Shown: positions 1 through 12,676 of the stretch, piece after piece
Layout: every line of letters starts with the position of its first letter
Position numbering within the stretch: position 1 is the first letter of the stretch
From: Trichoplax adhaerens
Lineage: Eukaryota; Animalia; Placozoa
Assembly: GCF_000150275.1 (NCBI RefSeq)
Contig: NW_002060969.1
Span: forward strand, 580,809-644,808
Direction: 5' to 3'
Length of the DNA stretch: 64,000 nucleotides
Program-made: the position numbers and the translations under genes
Notes under the pieces: model-generated
What the model was told of the DNA's origin: nothing
The model's input: only the letters and a program-made list of their open reading frames with translations
The model's database searches: none

Positions 1-1187
1 GCTGTACTGTTCAGTATACGATGCTGTAACTTATTACTGCATTGTACAGTATACTGTATTATTCTTGCATGCTATAGCATCATTAATCAAACGGCTTGAA
101 GACAGCAACTGAACTGAATGTCAGTACACCTCATGCACGTATGCTACCGTTTAGTCTCATAATGACAAGGTAATGACAATTATAGCGTAGAGAAAATTAA
201 TTGAGCGTAAGAAGTTACGACTGCTGCAAGTTTTGTAGACTATTGCACAGTATACTGTACATAGTGGTAATCATTTTGTACTGTACATTTGTCCAAATGT
301 CAGAGTGCAGTGGTAACAGACTGTACTGCACTGTTTGTACGTACTTTGCATGATTGCAATTTGAATCGTTGAGTACTGTATCAGGCAACACGCAACATTA
401 ATTCAATCAATAAGTTGTTAAGGTAATCAAGCCGTCGCCTTTAACAATCTACGGGATCAATACAATATGACGACAAGAATATAGAAAACTTACGATCAGC
501 ACACAGCGCAATTTTCCGATGCTGTTGTTCGGGTCTTAATCTTACGTATGCGTTGTAGTAGAGAAGATATTTAGCTCTAGAATTTTCGAATCTTCTCATA
601 GCTGTTAAAGCCATTGTCATCACATTTAATCGACGGACGATATCGAAAAACAGATGTAGGTAACTGCTAGTGAGAAAGTGAGATGTGACAGCTATAAAGT
701 AAAAAGTACAGTACTTACTTTACAGTACTGTACAGTACAGTACAGTGCTGTACAGTAGAGGTCATCAAGGTTTACAGTACTGTACTGTATTGTACTGTAT
801 AATACAGTACTGTACGGTGGCACAGAAGGCTCAGATGGTGACGGTAAAAATAGCACGTAGTGTACAGTACTGTATACTCACTGTACAGTACTGTACAGTG
901 CGAAGGCAATGACACTGACAACATTGACATAAAAACTGCGTACGAAAACATTAATAATAACTAATTATATATATATATATAAATAATATAATATATACAT
1001 ACGTTATATATATGACAATATATATACAGTATATATGATGCCGCCAATTTGACATTATTGACGGTGTACGCAATGATAATTATAATGACGGCAATGACAT
1101 TATCAACGGTGCACGCGCAAATGCGCGTTGATAGTTGTTACCAAATAATTTTACCAGAAAAGTTCATAAAACATGTAAGAAATTACG

Positions 1188-1530
1188 CAACTGGAACGAG
1201 AAATCATAAAATATTACTTTCACTTAGGATATGAGAATGAAGTAATCGTCCAGTTCTTGAATAATGCATGGTATAACAATTAGTTTTAAGTACCCTCAAA
1301 CGACGAATACGAGAATTTGGATTAAGAAGGCACACTTACGTTAATGAAACTTATTTAAGGGATGCCATTAGAAATGAAATGCAGGGTTCCGGTAGGTCGA
1401 TAGGGTATAGAACTGTATGGCATTCCCTAAGATTACGACAACATTTACATTTACCGAGAAGTACGGTAGCCAAAATCATTCGCGAAATTGATCCTGAAGG
1501 AGTTGCAACTAGACTTTCCAGCCGTACCGT
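1188..1530 (+). mobile_element. Decayed, frameshifted N-terminal fragment of an IS3EU-like (integrase-core) eukaryotic transposase
   Basis: Across frameshifts it reads REIIKYYFHLGYENEVIVQFL / HGITIS / STLKRRIREFGLRR...IRNEMQGSGRSIGYRTVWHSLRL...PRSTVAKIIREIDPEGVATR, which resembles the N-terminal region of these transposases as I recall them; no DDE core is visible. Confidence 0.65.
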
Positions 1531-2510
1531 AAACGTGAAGTCATGGACTACTACTATTGCGATAAATCACTGATTTAATAAGGGGTTAGGATGGAAAGCG
1601 TGCAGAGTTCTACAAGTTTCGGCTGCAAGCCGTTGACCCATAGAATGACTTATATGTGTACTTCACACTTCACAGAATCGTTAGTAACATCACAGAAATT
1701 ATTATTCGTCCGAGGAATAATTTCATCTTATAATATCACTAAAATTGCAAACTGCTGGGCTCGATAGAATTGGAAGAGCCATAGGAGTTACTATTATACT
1801 CTTAATACAGCTTACGGCGCGATAAAATATTTCGTGTACGTTCAGTTCTTTAATTCTTAACGTTTATGATGGGTGTGACATGATAAAGTAGTAATAGGCA
1901 GTACAAATAAACGCCATGATCAGAATGTACAGTAGAACATCAATCAATATATCAAAGCTCTTAATCGTATGGCATAGTGTGGGGTTCGGCTAGTCATAAA
2001 TGTGAATAAATTCACACGAAGCAAAGGTATACTGTACAGTTTGCACCCTATAGTAGTTATTACTGAATTAACAGCTCGTCCGAACCAATACAAAGCGAAT
2101 TAGTATGTCATCATTATTAATAATTAATTTAAGTAATAACGGTAATATATTACTTAATTTCACATGTGCAATAAGTGTAAATCACTTACTAATTATTGCT
2201 TTGGAAATCATGGTACTGTGAAGTTTAAACTAGGACTAATTCAAATACCTGAATTACGATAGAATTGATAAAGGGAAAAATAAAATGAAAAATAAAAAGA
2301 TCGTCAAATCAAAACTTTTCTAGCTGTCTATGATCAAAATCAAGACCTTGTAAGTGATATGATAATTGTGCAGTTATTAAAATTAAAACTCTGGCTACCG
2401 TACCTTTCCATAATACTAACAAATCGATTTAAGAATGAACGAGTATTCGAAAATTTAACATTGAGACAGAGTTAGATGATCAAATTCAAACGTAACAGTC
2501 TAATACACAA

Positions 2511-3763
2511 TTATTCAATATTTGCATTTTCTTTCAGCCAGGCCACAAATTTACTGATATCAGTGAAAACAGTAAAATCTTTTACCGGGCCACATCCTAA
2601 AAGACGTAAGAATGAATCAAATTTAAATCTATTGCAATTATAGTTATGATTTTACTCTCTGAATGTGATGTACCGTTAAAACCCTATCTCCTGCAAGCAG
2701 GTATTATACTTTCTGCTTAAATTAAAACTGTTGACACTGAAGATTTTGTTGCTCTGACCTTGTCCCCAAAATACGATACCACTTAACACTGCATAGTCAC
2801 TTCCAGGCTGACGACAAATTAATGGGCTACCACTATCACCGTGACATACATCAGTCATAGTATCTAACATTCTAGCACAAGCCATCGTTGAAGAAATAGC
2901 TCCGTTATAAAAATTACTTCCGTTACATATATGAGAATCTATCGTTCTGATTTGTAAAGATCTCAGTCTTGAATTACTACGCTCATAGAAACTCCATCCT
3001 GATATTAAACATGGGTATCCATTGAAGAAATGAATACTGTCTTCTGCGATGCAAATAGGACTTACATATTCATTAATTTTTGCATCATTTTCCAATTCTA
3101 TAAGAGCCATATCATATGAGAAAGTTCGAAAGTCGAATTCAGGATGAACTGTTCTTTAAAGATATCGAAATTGGTAAATAAAAATCGTAAATACTTATAT
3201 GAATGTAGTAACAAATGATATTTACACTTATATCACTTACATCTCTATTATTAATCGTGAGAACTTGTATTGTACTGTATTCATAATTGGAATTATTTAC
3301 TTACATCTTTGAAATTTTAAGCGACTGCTGATTTTCAGTAGATCGAAACAAATCAGTTATTCCTAATTTTATTTTAATACTATTAGATGGCATCCATGTA
3401 GGTAGACAATGCGCAGCAGTAACGATCCATTTAGGAGCAATCAAGGCACCGCTACAAAAAGGAGACTCTTTAAAGAAAAAAACTGCTTGCCATGGTAGGA
3501 AATACGGATCAACGACATCAGTTCCAATTTGATCATTAGATATTGATCTCAAAACCTTCATGGGCAGCTTATTGCATCTGGTTTTGCTTTCTTAACTCGA
3601 CAGCAAAAAATAAAGTAAGGTAAATTGTTCAGAAAGGAAAATTATGATTTTCATATAGACCAAGATATCGTGCATGATTAGTACTGATGGTCTCACCTGT
3701 AATTGTAGCCATAAAACTAATTAAATAAAAAGTTATACATGCTTTGGAAAGTTTGGAGACCAT
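2511..3763 (-). CDS. Secreted trypsin-like S1 serine protease, 4 exons
   Basis: Signal-peptide exon 3697-3763 (MVSKLSKACITFYLISFMATIT); PWQ, CSGALIAPKWIVTAAHC (His), SYDMALIEL (Asp), DVCHGDSGSPLIC (Ser), GIVFWG, final exon GCGPVKDFTVFTDISKFVAWL; GT-AG junctions keep frame. Confidence 0.9.
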
Positions 3764-6700
3764 CTCTGATTCAGAGCAATCTGTCAGTAGTTTAAAACGA
3801 GAGAAGCAGTTGTTACAATGTGCATAACTAATAAATATAAGATGCCGCTGTCCATAAAATTAATCTACTTTGTGAGAGCTAAGGTATCTAATGTCATACG
3901 TATTATATGCTAATTGCGTTAAGGACGCCTAAAAAGAAGGCTAATTTTAAATCATGAAATAGATACACGAGCAACCTATTGACTAAATAAAAAATTATTT
4001 GAACCACTTTTGGGTTGATCATCAAAAACATCGATGTTTTAAGGTATAGCTTATTGAAGCAATGAGAAATAGCAGACTGTACGATACACTTAACATATAT
4101 TTATTCATATGATAAAAAAAAAATTTAATTTTTAGCTTCATCATTTAATTCCAAAAAACTGAAGATCATATTTATATCAGTTGAGGGTACTTTATGGTCT
4201 CATGAATCTTGATGCAAGTGCGATATGACCCTTAAAAATTTTCTACATCTACGTCTGTGTGAGAAAAAATCGGTGGTAAATTTTACTAGTATATTAATCT
4301 AAATTATATAATCTTACCGACAAATAGCGGGTATGAGTGTAGTAAAATATTTTAAAATATATATTCTAGTAACAAGAAGTTAATAGCTTTCCCTTAGAAC
4401 CCTTCAGCCGCTATATTATAATCATTGATCGCCTACAACTTCATGTAAAACTCCTCGACACTATATTTATCGTGACTACAATAGGAAAAGCATGTTTTAA
4501 ATATTTATTTGCGTATCAATTTGTAATGTGTTTCATATTAAAACAGTAAAAATTCCATTTTCACTAAGCTACTTTGTTGCCCCCATGCATGTGTATATAA
4601 TAGTTTTTTTGAATCATAGATAGCTACTATAAATATTTGTTTGTAAGTAATTATAAGATTAAATTCATAGAATAAAGGGCTCTGCCTGATGGTCTTAAGT
4701 AAACATCATCTAGATTGTATTATTCTATTATATGCGTATGCCGTACAGTACCATAATTTTGGCGAACTTCAATATCCTCAGGTGGTATCGAGGAACATAA
4801 CTTAAATGGCAATAATTCCTTTAAAATGGTATTTCAATCCGAGTTATCAATAGGAATATCATTTTTATAGGAATGAGTGCCGTTTATTAAAGTTACCTTC
4901 CACAATGGCGATTCAGATATCTTCAAAGCACCCAAACTGCAATAATTACAGGGGAATTGATCCTGTCGCTAATATAAATTCGCATGCACAGATACCTGTG
5001 TTAATGTAAAAATTAGCAAATCATCTAGCGCTGTATAACCAACTGACTTATTTTTTTCTTCGCCAATTTGTTATGTTGCCGCTAAATATCAGTTATTAAC
5101 TTCAGAATTTACACTACATATTAGCAGCGACTATCTTATTATAATCAGTCATTGAAATCAGCCGAAAACCATTACTTTCATCACACTTGTAGAATATATG
5201 GGGCTCCTCAAATTTGAAGTAATCACTAAAGTTTGATATTTGATTTTAAAGTTAATACGTGATTAAAATTTGCATCTTACAAATCAATTAGAGAAAGACA
5301 GATTAATTACATGAGGATTTAGTTAAGTTGTAATTAAGTTATATCGCTGAAGTTTGCTGAAGTTACGGTATTCTCACATCTGCATGCGTTTATAGCGAAA
5401 TTGTATCATCGCTACGGTGTGATTAGCACTCAAGTGTTAAAGTATGGAGTATCTAGCCTTTACGGTGTAATTCTTGTCAGCTTAGCGCCGCATATTCCGT
5501 AGATATGCAAACGCTACACCCCGTTATATTACTTTTTTCTAGAGTAAAATGAATTACAGTAAACGAACGCCATAAGTTTTGCGCAAACCTCAACTGATTA
5601 AATACTAAATGAAATGATCACGATTTAATATTGCTATGAACTAAGGTTAATATACTGTAAACAAATTAACAAAGTAATTTCAGGCGGTTTAAATCCTTCC
5701 CAAATTAGATAGCAGTATTTAGTCGCTGCTTAGATATTATGTAGACACCACTTGTATTTAATCCTATTCGATATCAAGTATAAGTTAACATACGTACGCA
5801 TAATATATCACTAAGTAACAAATAGCTACGATATGAAATGCTGAAAATGTCAACTTTTATTAACTACGCGTATATGTTTTCTAATTTAATTTCTGTACAA
5901 TGTTTATTATGATTATTCCTGACGATAGACACGTATATTACGGTATCTAAATCTAAATTGTAAGGCTATTTGTTATCTCAAGGGATGTCTTAAAAGCAAA
6001 CAATCAATAAATTTACGGAACTGCAGCATGTGCATTATTATGATATCATAAAACCATAACGTCTTGCAATATTTAATTATACACTGCTATTCAAAATTGA
6101 CAATTTTGAATAGCAATGAATTATCTATCACATCCCATATTTGAGATACATACCGTATGGTACGGTACTACATTCGAAGCACCATTTGAATAGATTAATG
6201 AAAATGACATAGATTTATGAAGTATTTGATATTGTTGCCATGATAATGACACAGTATCGGTTGCTATTCCATTTGCTCACAAATATTTAATAATCATCGT
6301 AAGATTAAATCACAAGGACTTACACGCTCCCTCTGTACTATATATGCTTAAATTTCGATAAATGGAGAAAACATACTTGATTCTTATCTAAATTATACTT
6401 CTTTGGAATTGATATACTATAGCTACTTTGTATCGACGAGCAGATGACATCAAATTGTCCATTATTTGTGCATAGTAAAAATTTGAACAGGACGTCACCG
6501 ATTATATTATATTAATTGCTTAGTTTATCTGCATTTTCTTATTTTTGAATTGATGATTGTGTTAATTAGTAAGCTGGTAACGCTGCATGTACGTGCCTAT
6601 TTTTCGCTCATTCCTAACTAGGGTTGATTCTATTCTTAGGAATAGCCGTAACATATATAGATAATATAATACGAGTTCATAACTCGCTGCTGATGCGAAA

Positions 6701-7707
6701 GACTTCTCAATATCAGGAGGGTAAGATTTACAAAGGAGTAATTGTCGCCTTGAATTAAATCATGAAATAGTCTTCATATAAAATACACTAAACTAGTAGG
6801 TAATTTACAATTGATGTGTGTAATTCATTTATTATATCAGCTTACGAATATTTAAGTATTTAGTTGAATATAAAGATGCAGCTATGCATGAGTAATTGCG
6901 TATACGCGAATATTGCGGTCAGTATATATCAACGTACAGTACTATACATATAGTAAAATATAAATTAAACAAATACTATCAATGCCTATTATTTTATCCA
7001 GATTAGAACTTAAAAGATATTTCGTATTGGCTCACATATAAGTCTCGATAATTTAACTCACGAAAGAAACAATAATACGATTACTTAAGACAGCTTAGAA
7101 TAATTAATTAATTTATTTCATCTTGCGATAATAAAATGAATGAATGCCAAGTAATGGATGTATGAAGGTGTCAAAGAACGTTACATACGTATATATACAA
7201 ATACTATATAAAATATAATATTAATGAATGAATTACAGCTTAACTTTTGATTAGAATCTTAAGAATAAATGATATTAAATGAGCTGAAGTAGTCAGTTCC
7301 TGAAATAAACTACAGTACATTAGATGCGCATATAACTTTATGATCAAACGCTTTTCATCATTGTACGATACGGTAGCTTATACATACGTATATGTTTATA
7401 ATTAAAGGATTGAAATTATGCAATGGCGTATAGGTATACACTGCGCATGTTTCAGTATAATTTTCTAAGAGTATCGCAATTCGCAAGCATACAACTCAAA
7501 ATGTACAGAACAACTTTTATTTTAAATTACAAAATTGCCACTAAATCTACGAGAAATGGACTTCTTAAATACAGATATGCAACATCCAATTTAAAAATAT
7601 ATCAGTTCTACGACTGCTGAGTTATTACTACGTTATATGAGCAGACATTTTAAGAAGTGTATAGGGAGTGAGTAGGATTTCATAGTAACATTGTCTCATA
7701 ACTATGA

Positions 7708-10700
7708 TTACGTTTTACTAATAATGGGGGAATCCCAGTACGCTGAACTTGTTCTCTTATTATACCGTGACCGCTTACGATTAAAAATCTTACCAAGATC
7801 CGGTGGGGAGACGACATTCGGGAAAATCTCATCCGGATTAGATACATTTGATAAGCATTGTTTCTTCAGAGCTATCTTTAAATTTGGGGTTTTAGCCCAG
7901 AGCGGTATAGGTTTGCGAGGCGAATCTTCGTCGTCTGTTGAATCATCACTGTTCAAGTTGCTAATGTCATATGTTGATAAAACTTTCTTTTTTAAAATAT
8001 TCTTAAATTCTTTGTTGTCATAAATAGAATTTCCAACACTATCTTGGGTTCTATTACTTTCTTTCAAAACTCCCATAATAGCAGGTGAAATTACAGTTTT
8101 AACTTTTTCAGTTTCAGTGTTATTTAACTTTGTCTTAGACGGAGGTGTTTTAAAGGTGGATACGTTTTCATCATTGAAGAATGCATTAAGAATTTCCTTC
8201 TTTTCACTTAAAGTGCCTTTAATAGAATTATTCTTATCTGATGAACTTTCACTGTAAATAACTGGTTCAGTATTGCCTCTATGGCAAGCATTACCGCTAT
8301 CCTTAGCTTTTAGAATTTTTTCTCTATAAGTCAATGTAAGATCAACAATATTCATACTATTAATTTAATCTAAAAATTATCACTAAAATGCAAATGTCAA
8401 GGACATTGTTTAATACTAGCTAGAATTGCTTACAATTCGGCTTTTTCTTGCTTGAGTTTCATGATCATTTTTTGCTGTTGCTGTTGCATATGTCTTTGCT
8501 TTTCTTGAAATAAAGACCGCTGAAGACTGGTAGTCTCTCTCAGCTGCTGATAATTGTCTGTAATTTCGCTCATAGGTTGAGCAGGAGCAGCTTTAAAGTG
8601 ATTTACATTAATCTCCTTTGCTGCACTTAGAGCTTCTATTCCATGAGCAAGGTCACTTTCCTTATCCTCAGTACGAACGCTTGTAGCGTCAACTTTCACT
8701 TGTTCCATGGGTGTTAAACAGCCAGCGTTCTTATTCTTGTCTAGTTGATTCGACTTTTTTAAAGTAGTTTTCACAGCTCCTCGAGTAGATTGTTTCATCG
8801 GAACTTCTGTGGGCTTCTTCGGTAAATCCTTGCTAGTTTGCTTGGTTTTAATCTCATTTACACCTTTAGTCTTTGCTACTTTGCTAGTCTTTCGTTCGAT
8901 TTTTTTATCATTCTGCGTTTTTTGCGTCAGTTTCTGCATTAATTGACGATTTCTTTCTTTCTCAGCTTTTGCTTTCGCAGCACGATGTTCAGCAACACGT
9001 CGCTCCTTTTCTTCCCGTTTACTACAACGGATACAGGTTGGTTGATAATTAATAAGCTGATGTATTACATTAAAATAAGATTTTTACATCTCAAACCGTT
9101 TCATATCTTCCATCTTAATTCTTCTTTGTTCCTCAATTCTCTGCTTTCTCTCTTGAGATAAGGCAGCCTTAGCTTTAATAGCAGTCTCGAGTTCTTTCTT
9201 TTTTTCCTTGGTATAATTACAATTTAAAGTATTATGTTTGGAAATTTGACGGACATCCAGAACAAAATGTTACAAAATCAATCACAAATGCCAGTAAATA
9301 CCTCTCTTTGATGCATGACAACAGTTTTCTTTTTCAGAAAAGATGTAACTCCGGAAGCAATATTATTTGGAGTTTTGCATAAAGATGCTAGCTGCTAGAA
9401 GACAGAAGTATATACACATAGGTATATTTCTTTGTAAATTTCTTCAACACCCTAACATGGTATCACAACTTAACGCCACTTACTGAGATAGGAGATGCGA
9501 TGGAACTGGTGTTAACGACGGCTGATACCGTTCCCTTTTGAACTTTAAATGTAGTTGGAGTAATATTTTTCGTTTTAACAAATTTCGGTGTACTTAATTC
9601 AATCTCATTGTCTATAGCATCTTCAAAAGCTACAGAAAACCTATTTGGCGGTGTAACATAGCAGTCTTTAGTTTCCTTTACATCTTCTAAATCTGAGTCC
9701 TTCTCCGCTTTGGGTCTGCAAGGGTAATGTGGATATGTAAGGAAGAATGAATATCACGATACTATAGATAACAAGTACATGAATGACAGACTGCTCATTG
9801 TTACGCACCTTTTCGCCTTTACAACATCATCTTCATCTTTCCAAATTTTACCATCTATTAATAGTTTAAAGTTGAAGAAAACATGTTAAGATGACCGATT
9901 TTTTTTTTAAAATGTCAAGATTTACATACTATGTTTCCTTTTCTTGTCCTCCGAATTAAGTTCGTTCATATCTATGGGAGCAATATCACAGGGATCAGAA
10001 GCGTTGCCTTTTCGACCTGTTTTGGTGCCTAGTAAAGCTCTTGTTCCAGAAATATTTGAACATATATTATCACATTCAGGATCTTTGTTTATGTCAGCGT
10101 TTATAGGGCTACCATAGATAACATACAAAAATGATTTAAGAATAAGTTCTTATTTATGTGACTTATTTGCTTAGTCGATAAATAAAAAGTAGAATCACTC
10201 ATCTAAGATCTCTTATAACCGCAATACGCATGTAAGATTTCGAAGATTCGAAATAGATATGACTACACGTAATGTTAGCATGTTCACTCTTCAAATCAAG
10301 GCCTACCTTTCTATTTGCTCCGTTTGAGTGATATTAACTGGTGTGTTTACAAATTCCACTGATGTTTCTTCTATGAAATGTAGCCGCTCGTGAAAGTAAG
10401 TATTACTATTCATCTAGTTTACTAGTATAATAGAGGTAGAAATATAAATTCCCACGTACCGGAAATTTTTCTCCTAACATTGGATGATGTTAACCTTCCC
10501 TTAGGTGTGTCATATAAATCACCATCATCTATACCACTTCTGTAGTAGAGAAGTTATCGTCAAACTTCATACACATAAATTAAACAGAAAGAAAAAAATC
10601 ATTCATCGATTACCTTTCGTTTGTTAACGAAATGACGACATCATTATTTGAGGAGCTTTTTGATAAATTTGCTATAAATTAAGGAAGATCAAAAAGAAAG

Positions 10701-12676
10701 AATTTAATACATGAAATGGTATGATACGACCCGTTATCATTAGTAAATAAGGATAACGAATCTGTCAATTTTCATCAATGACTTGATGAAAAGTATAACC
10801 ATTACCTGATTGTTCACCAGCTATGCTCATGGGAGTGCGCGTTTCAGTAATACAGTCTTGAGTATCACCGTTATACGAAATATTACGGTCTTTTACAACA
10901 TCCGTAGAAATTCTTAAGTCGCCGGAAGTGCCATTTATATTACAATTATTTCTGCTATTACAAGGGTCTTGATCCTTCATTACCGAAGGTGTTTCATTTA
11001 TTTTTAAAGATGAAGCAGAACTAAAGCTGGCATTTGTATCTTTGGGACTTTCTTCGAGAATATTCGTGTCCGTTTCTAAAATCGATGAGTGTTCATTTTC
11101 TACGATGATTTCATTACCTTCTTCCTGTGATTCTTCATCGTTTATCGATTCAGATCCGCAATTGGAAACCTTTTCGTTTTTTGATAGCGGCTCAGTATTT
11201 ACCATTGGTTCATACGTATTGAAAGTGACCGTATCTGTGGTTAGATTTACATCCCTTTCATTTGCTTCTGCTGTAATGCCCTCTATAACGGTTAGCGTTT
11301 CTTGCAAAGAAACGTGAACATCTTCGTTCATCCCTAAAATTAAATCATTATCATTATTGATATTAGTATCTCGAGAGGCTGCATCTAAGAAACGGTTCAA
11401 CGAAGAATCTACAATCGTAGTCCTGCTTGGAGTTGAGATAGTACGAGACGATAATAAATTCATCGTATTTTTTTCCCCTGAGACTGATTCGGCGCTAACT
11501 GGTAACTTAATGAAACTATTCATGATTTCATTAGCGATAGGATGCGGTGAAACAGCACTCATGGTAGATAAATTTTCCGCGCAATTGCTATTCTGCTTCC
11601 CTGTCGTTGTTATAAGCCCTGCTTTCCCAAAGTCAAATGCAGTTATATCCTCTGATACACTGGTTTCGGTATTCAGATTCATATTGTTCATTGTAGGGGT
11701 CAAGGGTATCACAATTTCTTTGCAATCACTTCCTATACTAGTATTTTTCAATTTATTTGCGGATTGTGGTGTGCTGGATGATATACTACAAATATTCTCT
11801 GTGCAGGAGCTATCATCGTATTTCATTTTAGCCGCCATCCTTCTGGTTATTCTAACATTCTGCGTAACTTTTGCCTCAGGGCATTGTTTCTGATTGTTCT
11901 TTCTCTTGTTTTTTTTCCTCTCATCTTGGTGAGGGATATTATTCGTATTCATATTTTGGGTAACTTTATGCCGCCCTCTCTTAACGGGGGATTCTTGTAA
12001 AGTTTCATTCTCTTCCTTATCTTCGCTGATCGTATACTCGGAAACATCTAGCTGAAAATACGTTTTCTTGCTGATTTCCTGGCGCTTCCTCTTCATTGAA
12101 GGTGTTTTTGGAAGCAATGCTGCTCCGGAGACACTATAATGATAGAAATTATTATGTAATTCTTACAGGCTTTCAAATATAAGTAATGATGCTGCATACA
12201 CTACGTAGATTGCGTTGATTCCCGTTCGAAAGAACAGTTGCTCTCTTAGCTGAGTGAGGCTGCATCGTATGTCGGATAAAATTTATTAATGTCATTTAAG
12301 TTAAGCAAAATATACTCGTATATTAACTTAAAGTGCGTGCTTCAAAATACTGTAAAGTAAATGCAACTGCGTACGGGACACGGAACACTACACGGTACTG
12401 TACTGTATACAGTACCTTGATTGTATCCAGTATAAAGCTAATGATTACTATAAGTAAGACACGATCACAAACTGTAGCGGCACCGTATATAGTAAAATTA
12501 TCTTATGGAAGTACTTACTTCTGCTTTTTGTCTTGAGCTACTTCCAACAGCGTCTCTTCTAGCCAGGTAAGATTTTCTTGATATACTTCTTTATAGAATT
12601 TATCTATGGAATCGGTTGTTTGGCTATAATACCTTTGGGCCAAATTTATTAATTGACGAGGGAAATAATCGTTCAT
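7708..12676 (-). CDS. INCENP: Inner centromere protein (chromosomal passenger complex), multi-exon
   Basis: N-terminal helix (LTWLEETLLEVAQ) spliced to LLPKTPSMKRKR, long low-complexity middle, charged coiled-coil, and a C-terminal IN-box (PIPLWAK...NPDEIF...PDLGKIF...YNKRTSSAYWDSP). Not every internal exon boundary was checked. Confidence 0.88.

Noticed and set aside
1610-1730. Minus-strand MKLFLGRIIISVMLLTIL, signal-peptide-like
   Set aside because: Followed immediately by a stop, with no clear donor or downstream peptide motif.
11042-11893. Plus-strand ORFs of 91 and 178 aa (also 7691-8023)
   Set aside because: Antisense shadows of large INCENP exons.
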